Assembly: GCA_965655095.1 (NCBI GenBank)
Contig: OZ296655.1
Coordinates: 14,508,001 to 14,572,000, forward strand
Source: Haplodiscus bocki
Taxonomy: Eukaryota
Direction: 5' to 3'
Length of the DNA: 64,000 nt
Shown here: positions 13,613 through 26,900 of the stretch, in pieces
How the letters are laid out: each line of letters opens with the position of its first letter
Position numbering within the stretch: position 1 is the stretch's first letter
The notes under the pieces: model-generated
Told to the model about the DNA's origin: nothing
The model's input: the letters and a program-made list of their open reading frames with translations, nothing else
Databases searched by the model: none
Translations under genes and position numbers: made by a program

Positions 13613-16600
13613 TCTTGGCTGTCACGGCATTGATGCCAACAGTTGATAGTATAAAAAAGCTCGTATTTGTGTTTCTTTGAGTGCAACCGTCTCCTCCAAT
13701 ATCCTGCCTTGGAAGACTTTTTTTAACACAAACAAGACAGAATGAAAAAACCGCAATGGTATTGGAGGACGAATACTAATAACCGTCGTCAGTTGGATGG
13801 GGTAAGAAAATCTACGGTTTAGGTTCCCGAATCTTCAACAAAAAATACCAAAAAGCGAGAAACTAGCGATAATTGTTGTCGAATTTCACATGAGGCATAC
13901 TCTGGCAAAAGAAAGCAATCAAACGAAGATTTTAATTCTGACCTAGTGTTACGTGTTTGTTGTTCCCAGGCTGTTTTGATTATATAATTGACGGTGAATA
14001 CTGACCTTCCGTTAATCAATCGTTACTAAAAGACCCAAGCATTGGAGAAAAGACTTTTTGCTTTATTACCTCCTGAAAAAAGTGATAGTTCGGCCATTTG
14101 TCGTTTTTTCCACTACACTGTTAGTATGGATGATCGAGTATTTCTGGTTGTTACTAACAAACGGAAGCATTTTTTCTGAACAAAGTAAGTTCAAGTTCCT
14201 TTTTCCGATTTAGCGTAAGCTTTGGACAGTGAATCTTATCGAATTTGTAGATGTCCGCCTGGGTGTTTCACATCTGTTGAGAAAAATGGTGATATAAGAT
14301 CCAACCACTTCGTAGTTAGTGTTCTGTTTTTTTATCGAATTTTTCCAACGCTGAATACTTGAACCATCTGCAGAGCAGAAAATGATTGGCTGAAGCCAAG
14401 GAGAGTTTTGGATGCGCTTGATGTCTCCGGCTTCGTCAGTGTTTCGGCACATGTGGCCTTCTTTTGGGAGCTTTTGAGCATCTTACCAATGGATTTCACG
14501 TACTGTCTCCTCTGCCTACGCACCCGTCGTCTGGACATTTCAGTGTTCCGACCAGTGACGGACCAGCAATTGTTGTTCCAACTTTGCGAATATTGAAGAA
14601 CGCCAAAACGAACTACGCTAGTCATACTTTCCACTTATTAAAAGCCGTAGCTAGTTTTTCAGGTGTTTACAACACTGAGTTGAGCTCTGAGCTACGTTGG
14701 GATTTGACATCACGTCTGTTAGTAAAGACTGAATATCAAGGTAAATTAATTCCAGGTGACCTTCAATACGTTTCCACCAACCTATCGGCCTCCGGCGGAT
14801 TGAGTGACGAAATCCGACAGGGCAACCACTTAAACCCAAAACTGACTACCCCTAAGGTTGTCTTTTAGCGTCAACCAGCGATTCTTTTTTGGATACTCAT
14901 CCTTTTTTAATTGTGCTAAATTGACTGATGGACAAAACTTTTGTGCATTGCCTCAGCCTCCAAACTATTTTGGTTTTTCTCCTCCAAAGGTTTTGAGCTG
15001 AAAATATTACTGTTTGTCTTTGCTGCAAACAAAATTCTTCATCTCGCCTAAGGATTGTGGACCTGTTTCTAATGCAGCAGCTGCTGATAATACAGTTTTG
15101 CTTTGCTACAGTTTTGAGACCCTGTTGTTCTTCTGAGCTTCCGCCTCACCAAAAAAAGAACGATTGATCATTCTGTGACTGATGAGCAGCTGCAGTTGAT
15201 TTCTAGATTTCACAAAAGTCCATCCCGGTGCCTTGGCTCCATCGTTTTCCAATTCTATGATGATACCAATCACGATTACGTATCCAGCCGTCAAGTTATA
15301 TTGAATTTTTTGGGAACTCGGCAATTTTCTGGTGTTAATGTTGTACTCTTTTTATACATAACAGTAACTTCTCTGCCTCCCAAGTTCAAATCTCTTCTGA
15401 CCTCTCAAAGTGAAGAGACTGTTTTCGAGTTCAATTTTGTAACTTATGAAGCCTCAGCCATTCTCAATAACACTCGTTTGAGGCATGGTCTATTCGGAGT
15501 TTTTGGTTGCACAAAGGAAAAAATATTTTCTTTCAGCAGGTGAGGTTGCTTTTTGATATCGAGATTGATCATTTCATAGGTGATTATTAGAAACGCCGCG
15601 CTTACTATCGATGGACCGTTGACGAGCTTGATGGACTGCGTACAAAATAATTTGAAATAAGGGCAGGCCAAAAAAAATTCTTCCGTAAGGTTGATTCTCT
15701 GCATCTGGCCTGTGATTTTAACAATAGTGACATGAAGTCTTCGTGCGGCAGATTTTGTTTTTTTTCGTTGTCCAGAAAACAGTTGTTCAGCAAGTGTTTC
15801 CAAGATGTAATTTAAATGTATAGATACGTAAGGTCAGTTTGTTTCTGGAAGTAACAAAAAGTTGTGTGGTGAATCCAGAGCGAGTTCAATGTGCGCGTCA
15901 AATCGTTTGGATGAAGGTGGCTTCAGTATTATTTCTATCAGCTCAAACAATGTGTCCTCCTCCTTTTGCACCACGGCCGCATCCTCATCATTTCTTATCA
16001 TTTCTGTGATAAAACTGGAGGAGTCACGAATCACTAATTTCGCTGCCTGCTACAGTTGCTGCTGCAGATTCATTAGTTGTTTTCTTATATGACTTCCGTA
16101 TCAAAAGTACTGATTCTTAGATCCCTTTACAAGTTTTTTGAAGCTCATTGCGGTTTACTGAAGTGGAATAAACGGTCTCCAATTTATATTCCAGCTAGAC
16201 AGAAAAAAAATTTGGAGACAATCTTCGTTACTTTGCCCCAGCTCGGTCTTTTTGCTGAAACCGGAAGCTATGTTGTGTTCGTCCGTTTTTAGGCATCAAA
16301 ATTTCAGAACGGACGATATTACGATGCCATTTCTTCTACCTTATACAATGGCCATGATCAAAACAATTAGCTGGGTGTCGCTAGTTTCGATTAACATTTA
16401 CAATGACGCTTGAAAGATCCGTGTTTGTTGACGTTAGTAGATCCTTGTTACGTCCAACTTTTGTTAGAAATTTTTTTAACCAACGGCTGCGTGTCAAGGA
16501 CAGACGTTGGAGTGAAGCCGCTCGGCAAATAGAGACTGTATCTGCCATGCGAGAAAGGACCATGCTTTCGATCAATGCGATTCTCGAGAGATTGTCAATG

Positions 16601-17923
16601 AACTGGAAGAACCTTTGAAGCAACGGCCACCTATCTGTTTTTTAACCCACGTTTGTTTCCAGTGGACGCATCCGGGCTTGAGATAAATTTTGAGTGCGCT
16701 GAACTCAAAGTTTCATCAAGACTTTTATAAAAATGGCGATTAAAAATCAGCGATTCAATGTGAATTGGTCACCATGTTGAAAGCGTTGGAGCGAGCTTTT
16801 CGTCTTAGCATGATTTACAAAGAAACAACGCCCGATCCCTTATTGGGAGACGTACCTGAGCTACCTGATTGCCTCACACACGCGGTTTGATTTTTTGATT
16901 TGGATCACAGTTCTTCAGTGGAGCCGTGAGATCTAGATTTCGTTGCTCAGGAACAACTCTTCTGGGGAAAAAACAAATGAAGATGGTTTGAACAGTTTTA
17001 GTATGGTTGATCTGAACGAGTTATGAGTTCCGTTTAACCGTTACCAACCGTGCAGCTGTTTCAAAGCAGAGTTCCATTGTCAGAAGAAAACCGATAAATG
17101 GAAAGAAATCACATGCTGAATGCTCAAATAACCTTTTTCTGCTGGTTCAACGTACTGAAGTGTTCACAATAACCTGTCGGAGGAAACGATAACAGTTTCA
17201 GAGTAAGATGGACCAGCCGAGTCTAGTGACTTTGATGGTTCTTTCAGCATTGATCGCCGTCTTTGTGGTGGCAAGCATCATTGTCTCATCGAAATTAACA
17301 CAAGCTTTTCGCCAAAAATTCTTAAGTTTCTGCCTTCGACCGATCTAGCAACAATTTGAAAAATTTTTATCGAAAATGTGAGTAGTCAATTGTTTGTCAA
17401 AAAACGTTTCAAGCCTGTCAAATCACAGGGAAATGTCTTATCGTACGTCAATTCGTCAAAAAGAACTCATTATTGCGACTTCTATTTTGATCAAAAAAAG
17501 AACAACAATTTTATTCGAACTCCCCTTGACTCCTATGAAGAAGGAAGGAACACCTGGAAGAGAGTCTTTAAACTCTCGTCTTTTTGGTCTGACAGATTCT
17601 GTGGGAAAACCATTGGAGCTTTCATAAGTTGTGACTTATGTTCAATGATTTCACGTTGCCCTTGTCCACTGCCCGGGAAAGAACAGGGCTGTTGAACCAA
17701 ACCGCAGATTTTGTAGCATCAATCGTAGTCCTTTTTGACGGGCAGTGTTCAATTAGACAAAGCAGGGGCTTCTTCCCTCACCGTTGTTTGACAGAAAATT
17801 AAAAGCGGCTGATGAAAGATACAAACAGAATCCTTTTCTTTATGACAAAATAACAGTTTTTGGTGTTCGTCAGCCCGAACCAACAGTTTTGATCGAAGTG
17901 CTAAAAAAACTGTTTTACGTGGT

Positions 17924-20900
17924 TCATGCGTTTGTTGAAGCCCTTGAATGTCACAACAAAGAGTCTAATGAAGGCGAATATAAATATTCATGTTGGGTAG
18001 ATGGCTTCGGTTCTTGCAAGTACCTTATTTTTTGTACAAGAAACACTTTTTAATATACTGTCGGAAACTTTCCGTAGGTCTATTGTTTTTCAAGGTAATG
18101 TCGTAAAGCCATTGTATGTTCAACAACCCATGGAAGGCACAAATTTACTTTTGAGAAAAAGGCTTGTGAATCATAAGTAGTTTCGTCGAACATCGTTCCG
18201 CAGAACTCAACAAAATTTTTGACTCATATTTTATAGTCTCTCGGAAAACACAAAACCAAACTAAATTTTTTTCGCAGCTGATTATGAAATCTGCGCTTTT
18301 GAGGCTTCTCTAGGAATATCCCCCTCCTCATGCCACGTTTTTGAAGATATTGATGCTGTTTGGTTCTTCGTAAGTGAACAGTTACGCTATCATTCAGTGT
18401 CATCTAGCCTATCAAATAGTTTCGTCACCAATGCCTATTTGCGCATCCACTAACCAACAAAACCTACTTCAATTGTTTCTCTGTCCTCCACGCCCCTAGT
18501 TTCTGAACAGAGCTTTAAAGAGCAAACTAACAGCAGAATTCAAACGAGTTAGATGCTCAAAAAGAGAGTCTTGTTCGTTCATTTGTCAATGGGGATTAAG
18601 TTGGTTTGCCAACTTACGCGCAATTGATGAAGGCCACCTTAGCGCATCACTTGACTCGAAGCCAAAAAATCCAAGAAGTGTGCAACCAGGTGGACGACCC
18701 AATAGATGAACAACTGAAAACTTTGGATTATCATTGTTTTCGTTCGAGATTTATTATCCCGCTACCACGGCCTGTATTAAACATCAGTCCATAGTTGGTT
18801 CAACAGGTGCAAAACAGAGCTATATGCTGATTCCTTGTATGGTTGCGGGTGTATCTAGGGGGTTGAGCTGCATCATAACAGAAGTCGCAACGAAAGGAGC
18901 TTCAATTTTTAGAGGAAGACATGCAAAGACCTCAATCTCAAGTGATGATGTTGAAAATAACCCTTTGAGTCTTTTAATTTCTCCTGCGTTGAACATATGC
19001 CACTGGAATTTTTTGGAATTTACCTATATGAAGAGTTTGTCTGTTTGTTTTAATGATTTCACCTGACTTCCGGTCCGCGCTGGACAAAGTATTGCGAGCT
19101 ATCTCTGAATACAATGTTGTTTTTAGAAAGACGGTTGAAAGTTCGACAGGTGATTTTTTAAAACTCTTGCCTCCTTCCGGAACTTTTCTTCTGCTGAGCA
19201 AAGCTGTGTCCATTTTATTGGAACTCCAGTAATTGGAGCAGTATATTAAGTTGGAGAGCCATCGAGGAGAGAGCCTTCTGCATTTATCGGTCGAGGCACA
19301 TAAATCACCGAGAGTTTTCCAAGCATTGAGAAATCCTGTAACATTGAAGGTAGTTGGTCGAAATCGCATTTGCAGAGTTTAAGAGTGCTTAGTACGGCAG
19401 ATGCCGGAAAAAAGGCTGTTGAAGACAATATCAGTTGTGAAAACACATCAAAACGCACCGAATGTTTATTTCTAATGCAAAGAGGGCGTACCTGACACAG
19501 GAACTCAAAATTGGCTTGCCTCAACAACGATCATTAGAAGGTCTCCAGGCAAAAATTGCTTTGAGCAAGAGTCTTTGAGCATAGATGTTGGCTATGCATT
19601 GCGGCCAACTTGTACTTTACCATCACCGGAATGGCTCCATGGGCAATCGTGTGCAGGTGAATCACTCGATGAAGTCGATCCACGAACTGCTACTAGATTT
19701 AAAGTAGCCGGAGTAAGTCCTGTGTCACTGCACAACCTTAACAAAATGTTACTGGAGTCATGTTGTTTTTTTGGGAACGAAATGTTGTTCTCCATAAAAT
19801 TAACAATTCCACCGTTTGTAGATGTGTTCATTTTTGTTTGAAAATGTATGTGGATTCAACAGTCCACAAAACAATGGGTGTCACCATTCCAAGCTTGGCA
19901 AGCCAGACCGTAGGTGGTGAAAAGATCTCAGCTTGCCTGAGGGTTCATGTATTATAGTTGTTTTTCGGGTGACTTATCAGGCCCACATAACGTTCGTCCG
20001 TGACCAGCAGTGGATATTTGATGCATTAATTTTTTTTACGAAAATATTCAATTGGTACCATTGATTGAGGACTTCTTATCGTCCCAGGGCGCGAGCTGAT
20101 CTGGTACTTCAGCGACACATACTTCCATGCTTTCCCCTTCGTGTTTGTGATGTTCCCGTTTTGGCAATTAGTTCATGTTATTTGTCGATAGTTGCTTAAA
20201 AGAGAAATTCTTTATATGAGAAGCCGTAAAACGTTGCGGTGACGATTGCCGGAGCCTAGTTTGGCAAATGGAGGCTCAAGATACCAAACCTGTTGTTGCA
20301 ACAAAATTTCTGGGCTCTAGTTGCGCACATAACGGGCTTTTTCCACGCTGCTTCCCGAAGCCGTTGTTCTTCAGAACAGGACCGTCAAGAAGCAATAGTT
20401 TTTCTCATTTAGTCGAAAGTTGATTAATTGCCACGCTCACGCTCGCGGAATATTTTCTGGAATGCCATGTAATCATGGGATTGTTCAAAGTTACAGGCAA
20501 GGAAACAGCGCTGAAAAAACTTTCTATGCGAAAGTTTTAGGTTCAAACAGATTGTTGACATTTAATTGTCTCCATAGGTTCAGACGCTTGTTGAACCACG
20601 ATTGAGAAAACGGATCGTAATTCCAAGTAATGGTGTACCTTGGTTTCTCAGAAACCAAAACTTCAGCAAAAATTTTCCTGTAGTCAATCTTTGTGATAAG
20701 CTTGACTACGAGGCATTTTTTTAGTAGTTTCAGTCAACCTTTGAAAAGAACGACCTTTTGTAAATTTTAACGAACGGACCTCTTAGCTACAATTTGTTTT
20801 GTTTCATTATCACTTCTTTATCGGACTTACAGTTTCTATTGCTTGTGGTTGAAGTTTATACTATGCTACCTTTTGGAAATTCAAACGTCAAAAACTTACT

Positions 20901-23900
20901 CGGTAATGGAAAGGTTTTAAATTTTCGTTCGGTAAATATTGCAAACTACTAGTTGAATTTTTGTCTGACTGGAAGACGCTGATCAAGGTGTTCAAAGAAA
21001 TGAAACTGAACTTTATGTAAAATGAAGGGCTTACTGACAGTGAGTTATTTTAGGTGTCCGTATCTGACTGACGTCTTAAATTAATATTGTCTGCCTGAAG
21101 GAAGCAAGTTAGGTTTTTTTGCAGTTGTTGTGCTGGTTAACCAGCAACAGCCGACGTGACTTTTCAATCAGAATCTTTTTTGCCAGATGAACATTTAAGA
21201 GCTGTTTGCACCGCAACGGCATGTTCGAGACATTTTCTTTTGAATTTCAGGAGACAACAGCCAATTTGTATAAATGCCCAGCTACTTTCAAACCACGATC
21301 TATTTTTGTTACCAGGGGAACTGTAAAAGTGGAGATTTGGAATCATAAAATTTTCTCTCATTTATGCTTTGAATTGCGTTTTCCGTTATGTTCGCTCTGG
21401 TGAGGTCAACAGTATTTCACTGATATGTACTTTTTCACCGGAGCTTGTTGCGAGGTTAACGGAGGGACTCTAATTTCTAGCTTTTTAAAATTGATTAGTG
21501 ATATCTTCATCTTTAGTGCCAACGCACACCATAGACTAATTTTAATGCCTGGAAACGTTCATTTGCTCTAACAACTTTTGTACTTTTTTAACGATAAGGG
21601 CGGCTATGTAGCCGTCCTAAAGAAGATATTATCTTGCAGGAGTATAGTAAAGGGTATACAGGTACAAAAGTAGATTTTGTAGTGGTTGTTGGTTTTCCAG
21701 TTGGTCAGTAATCCATATAAGCTACGTCTGTTTCGTTTGTTGGCTTCGATGATAACATCTCCATTGATTTTCAGTTGTTAGGTCTGAATTTTTGTGGTAG
21801 CCTCATCCTTTCGGTGGGCAGCACAGGAGAAGCCTTGTTTTTTTTCGTTTCTTTAAGGCATACCCCTGCGCAAAATTGGATGTTTCATTCAAAAACAACC
21901 ACCAATAGTAAAAGTTGAGTATTTTCATGAGTGCGCTTTTTTCAAAACCAATGGTAAACAGGGTCCAAAATGGCAAGATGCGGTGAATAATTTTTCATCA
22001 AAAAAAAAGAATTTCGCAATGACTACTGGAACCTTTGACATTGAAAAGATTTTTTGAGATTGCACAATGTGGTGGCATTGCCTACATGTGATGGAGACCA
22101 CAATTGAAATGCTGAAAAATTGTCCGGATAAATTTTTTGAAAACGAATTCGATTCTGCTGACGCGGTACAAGAAATTAAATAAAGAAAGCTACGGTCTTC
22201 CTCGAAATAGTCATCTAGCAGAAAATGTGCTATCCAAAAAACTGCTAACCAATGGCTTGCAGGACTTTAAGTTGCGTCAGTGCCGGAATAGTCGCAATAA
22301 TCTCCAAAAAAGTTATTTTTGAGATTTCATTTATGTCTTGTTTCATCAAAGGTATAACAGGCGGGAAAACGAGTTTTCGGTAAATTCTTTGAGAGAAAAG
22401 AAGAACCTTGGTGTTATTCGCTGAACGGAAGTGACGTCCAAACCAAAGAACTGTTTTGAAGTTTTGTGAATTAACGCAGTTAAATTAACGCAATGCCAAA
22501 CTTTTAAAACCTTTTTGGTGAGCACAACCAAACTTCGAAGTGTATGGCTCCAGAGTTTATCCTAATGTATTTGCAACAACTGCTTGTTCCCATGACTTGC
22601 CGTGTAAACAAGTAAGTCCGCTGCAAAGCACTATGATGATTCGTGATCTTTAAAGGTGAAAAAACAGGAGGAGTGCACAAATCGCCATAAACAACAATTA
22701 AGTCTAGCTCCATGAAGATTATTCGATGACTGGGAAAACTGCCAGTGTTTCAACACCGCGTAAAAATTTGCAATTTGATGATTGAGGTCCTGACTCGCTA
22801 ATATTGATGAATCGCGCCATTTTGCTTCCATATGTTTTCGTGATTTGAAAAACTCAAAAGTCATTGTCTCCTCAAGTCGTTGAAATCTGATTCTGCTTTT
22901 TGACGATGCTTTTTTAAACTGCGTGCTCTTCTGAAAAAATGTGTTTATCTTTTTTGCATCGATTTTCTAACACTGTTAACTGTTGCGCACTTTTTGTTTT
23001 TGGAAATTCATTTATTTCAGAAGACGTCGATTATGATGTAATATCCGTTCTTGACTTTAAGTTTTGAATCTGTCGGTACTGTTTGACCTGGAGTTGAACA
23101 AAAGTTTTTCCACGACAAACGCGGTCGATGGTTTTCGAGCCAACTGGCTCACATCCATATTTAAAAAACACCGCATTGAAAAAATGCTCAGCTTTCGTTG
23201 AAGCAAATGGAAATTGTCATGTTGTTTTTCGGACCAGGGCATTTTTTGTTGAGAACAAATCAGAGTAAAAATATGACTTGTCTGCTGTATAAAAGAGTTT
23301 CCTCTCTGGAAACGAACTCTGACTTTCTAGTACGAACTGATGAGACAAATAAATGTTATTGAACTTACATGCAAAGGCTTCCTGGGCAACACTCAGAACA
23401 CTTTGATAAAGGTGGTTAGTTTTGGTGCTGGAGAAAAGTGATAGAACAGGGCATCCTACAAAATTGAAACGCCCACATCCTTAAGGGACGTATGAAAGAA
23501 TGGCCTTTATTGGTCAGTGGAATTGTGAAGATTGTGGTTTTGTCCTCAACTCAGCTTCTCCAGAGAAATCGGCTAAACTTTTCTAAGAACGTCATTTGGT
23601 TGCCGATTCTGTTGTAGAGATAACAGAGCCTTTCTTTCCAAAAATGTGTTTGGGGAAGGACCAAAACCTTCCGATTATTGAAATTCATTAGGCAATCGTT
23701 GTTATCAACAAAGTGTTTCATTAGGATTTCACGCCAGTTCCATCTTTACCTTCCCAAGTACACAAGGAACAAGAGCAAATGTTGTTTTCGCATGGTAACA
23801 TTAAAACTACTACTTTTTCCGGAAGTATGCGCGACCGTCGTTTTTTGAGAATTGAAACATTGTGCGCTTGCTTCTAGAAGAAGTGTTTGTCTTCGTGGAA

Positions 23901-26900
23901 TCTCGTCGCACGTATCATTTCTAGGGACGTGGAAGAGGAAGCGGACAATCCTTTGCGTGGAGACACGACCCAGTGTCATCAGTTTGAATCGATTTTCTGC
24001 AGCATTGTTTTTTGGATTCCACTTTTTTCGGTTGAATTGAATATATTAGGTGAATCTAAGACTGTGATGACAGAGTATGTTAACAAAAATGGTGGTCGGA
24101 GAATGTTGGCTTCAGCAAATGAAGTATCAGTGAGGAGTTTTTTTTCGCACTCTCAATTATGTGGGGGTTTGTCGTCTTTTGCCAGCTGCTGTAATCTTGA
24201 ACAACTTGAAATATGTTGTAGTTAACGCTCAGAAACCACACAAGCGACCACCTCCACTACAACATGCCAACATGAATTTTGAGCATGATCGATTTACCTT
24301 AGTTTCGTATGGAAACCCCCAGGCATACAACCTGTTCAAAAGGGGAAGATATGCAATAAATATATAAACGTTCAAGCTCGAAAATCTCACATCATTTCTC
24401 AATTTGTCGCACCGTCAAATTTTTTCCGTGCATTTCCCTCAGTAAATAAACTTTATATGATTGCTCCCTTATAAACAGTTTGTCAACACACGTTATATTG
24501 AAAGAAGCGATTGTTGTTCTTTTCCTTATAATGTTTTCGATTTGGTTGTGTTAGTGTAGTGCATTGAAATTTGAAAGTTAGTTCAACTTTCTTTGAATTT
24601 TTTGCATTGAGGTTTTTCTCAAGATTTCAGTACGCTTCCCATTGATAGACTTATACTGAGGAACTGTTCCACTTCATTTGCTGGTCACTCACTTCTGATT
24701 CTGACATCATTCGCGCGAGATTGATTTCTTTCACTTCGTGAAAAACAACCTTTTCGTTGTACCAAAGATAAGTGTGAACATTTAATGCGTCAATAGTCTT
24801 GTTTTGAATTTAATATGTCCTGAAATTCGAAAAATAATTAGGGTTTTCTTACGAAGCGTACAAATATCACATTAAAAAAATAGGACGATTTGTTTTTGGG
24901 ACGATTAGAGAAGTCGTTTGAAGGTGAAAAAAACCCAATTGTACGTTTAAAAATGTCTTTTCCTTGTTTGTTGTAAACTTTTCGTTGAATAAACGGAAGT
25001 GAATTTCATGTTCGCCTGAGACAACAAAGCAGCTCCGGCCAAAATGGCAAAGTGTTAGCTCCTTTGTTCCTTATAGAGAGATCGAATTTTTGGGAAAAAT
25101 CACAAATAACTAATCGCGTAGGAGCTTTGGAATCTTTCCATGAACAACAGTTTTGACATGCCAGTGTGTGTATGTACCGTAAGAAAACCCTAATGTTGTT
25201 CTTTGGCCTTGTAGTTGTCAATAGCCATTTGAAAACAAACTTTTACCTAAACGTTCTTCTTTCCAAAAGTGAGATCCAATTGAGAACCTTGGTAGTTATT
25301 CTTCCTTTCTAGAACGGTTATAGGCGTCGAAATCTTTTTTCTCTCCTTCTCATCTGTCGAAATTAAAACTTGTGAGTCTTTGTTTCAAAACACATTTTCA
25401 ATAGGTTTTCCCAGTTTCTTAACCAAGATTCCTGCGGCCTTTCTAGCGAACGGTACAATTTCCTCCACTGGAAGGTCAGAGATGTAGCATTTTCAGAGTT
25501 CGAGACTGCGGAGGGTCCCGCTGTCGAGGCTAAACAAATTTGAAACGGTGAAAAAAGATCATAGTGCACGTTGGGTCTAAGAATGCGATATCGGGTCCTA
25601 CCAGATAGAAGTTTTATATATATTTCATGCCATACTTTAATATTGCGACTGCAAGAACTTTGATGTGAGAAAAAAATGCCATCAAAAGCTAATGAAAAAT
25701 GACTGAATGTTTGTGTAGTTTGCTCTATTTTGGCATTCTCGGCGGCCCATATCTTCATCCACGGGACACAATGGGGCCAAAAAAGTTATATGAGGAAGAA
25801 ATAAAGTGAACAAGTTGCATGCCAAAAGTTTTAGACCGACTCCATTTTGGTCAGGGGATAAGCGTTGAGGAAGTGCCGGAAATTTACGGAAAATGAATCA
25901 TTCAGTCACTTTTGATCGCGAATTGTTTTTTTTGCCTCCTATTGATTGAGGTCAAGTCCAAAGAAAACCTAGAGCTGGAACAAAACCTGGCCCGAATGGC
26001 CAAAAAGAGCGGTATGACGAATGAGAAAAAGATCCATGTCGTTTAAAAAAAAGGAGGTTTTTCTGGACGAATTAGGTTCTCAAGGAACTTCTCGTATTTG
26101 CGTGCACAGTACGCCGAAGAGTGTTACTGAGGTTTTCATCAGCAAGTGCTTTTTGACTTTTTGACTAGAAGAAGTAAAACATGGATGTTTGAAGCGCGCC
26201 CCCGAACTGGCTATGGGATGAAAAAACTGCTCCCAAAGCTTCTGCCCCTGTGTTCACTCTGGGATAAAGTTACAGCCTCCATAACCTGTCCAGCATAGAA
26301 CGTAAAACGTAACAAAATCACATAACTTCAATTTCGATTGTTTGCTAGGAGCTTTCGGTTTGTTCCATTTTTTTCGAAAAATTTTGACGTTTTTTTTGTG
26401 TTTTCAATTTTGTTGGAATTCAACCCACTGTATGCACTTCTATAGGTTGCACCGCGTGAGTTGTAGCTTTTTCAGCGTAATGCGTTCAATTGTGCTTGGA
26501 ATTTGCTATTGTTTTGAGCAGTTTATGGCTGGAAGTTTTTCTGCCTTCAACAATGGTTTTCTTGGGAGTAAATTTCATCAAGAACTTGTCTTGTTAAGCG
26601 TCCATTATCAAGAGTCCTGCATTAGTTTTTAATCAAATTTATGTTCATCTTTTCTCAAGTACTCGTTGTGTCGCTAAAGTTACTTAATCATCGTATCTCC
26701 GCTAATAAGCTTCGAATACCGCAAATGTGAAGGTTGTTCATTGTTTCAAAAAGTTTTCAATGTCAGTCGATTGAACATTTTCACTTTGAAGGTTGCAATT
26801 GTAAAGAGTAGACCAATATCTGCAAAAATCGTACTTTTATTAAATCTGTCGGGATGATTTTGCAGTCCGTCTGTTTGATGAAGTTCTTCTTCGGCACCTA

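Larger units (their letters stand above)
1..17923 (-). repeat. Copy A of a large tandem multi-gene unit (decayed coding DNA, unknown family); the unit continues left of the window
   Basis: Colinear anchors shared with copies B and C: tcttgcgcttcctaaaaccc (1/30730; tcatgcgtttgttgaagccc 17924); catcgtt(t/c)cgc (260/18191/30985); ttagatgc(g/t)caaaaaga (~595/18549/31323); gta(a/g)aacgttgcg (~2282/20226/32914); ctggaagac (~3121/20969/33763). Blocks 7470-8800~22880-24250, 10370-10520~25800-25930, 14400-14445~28005-28050 and 16400-17400~29150-30220 also align. Position 1 is an arbitrary register point, not the true unit boundary. Confidence 0.9.
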
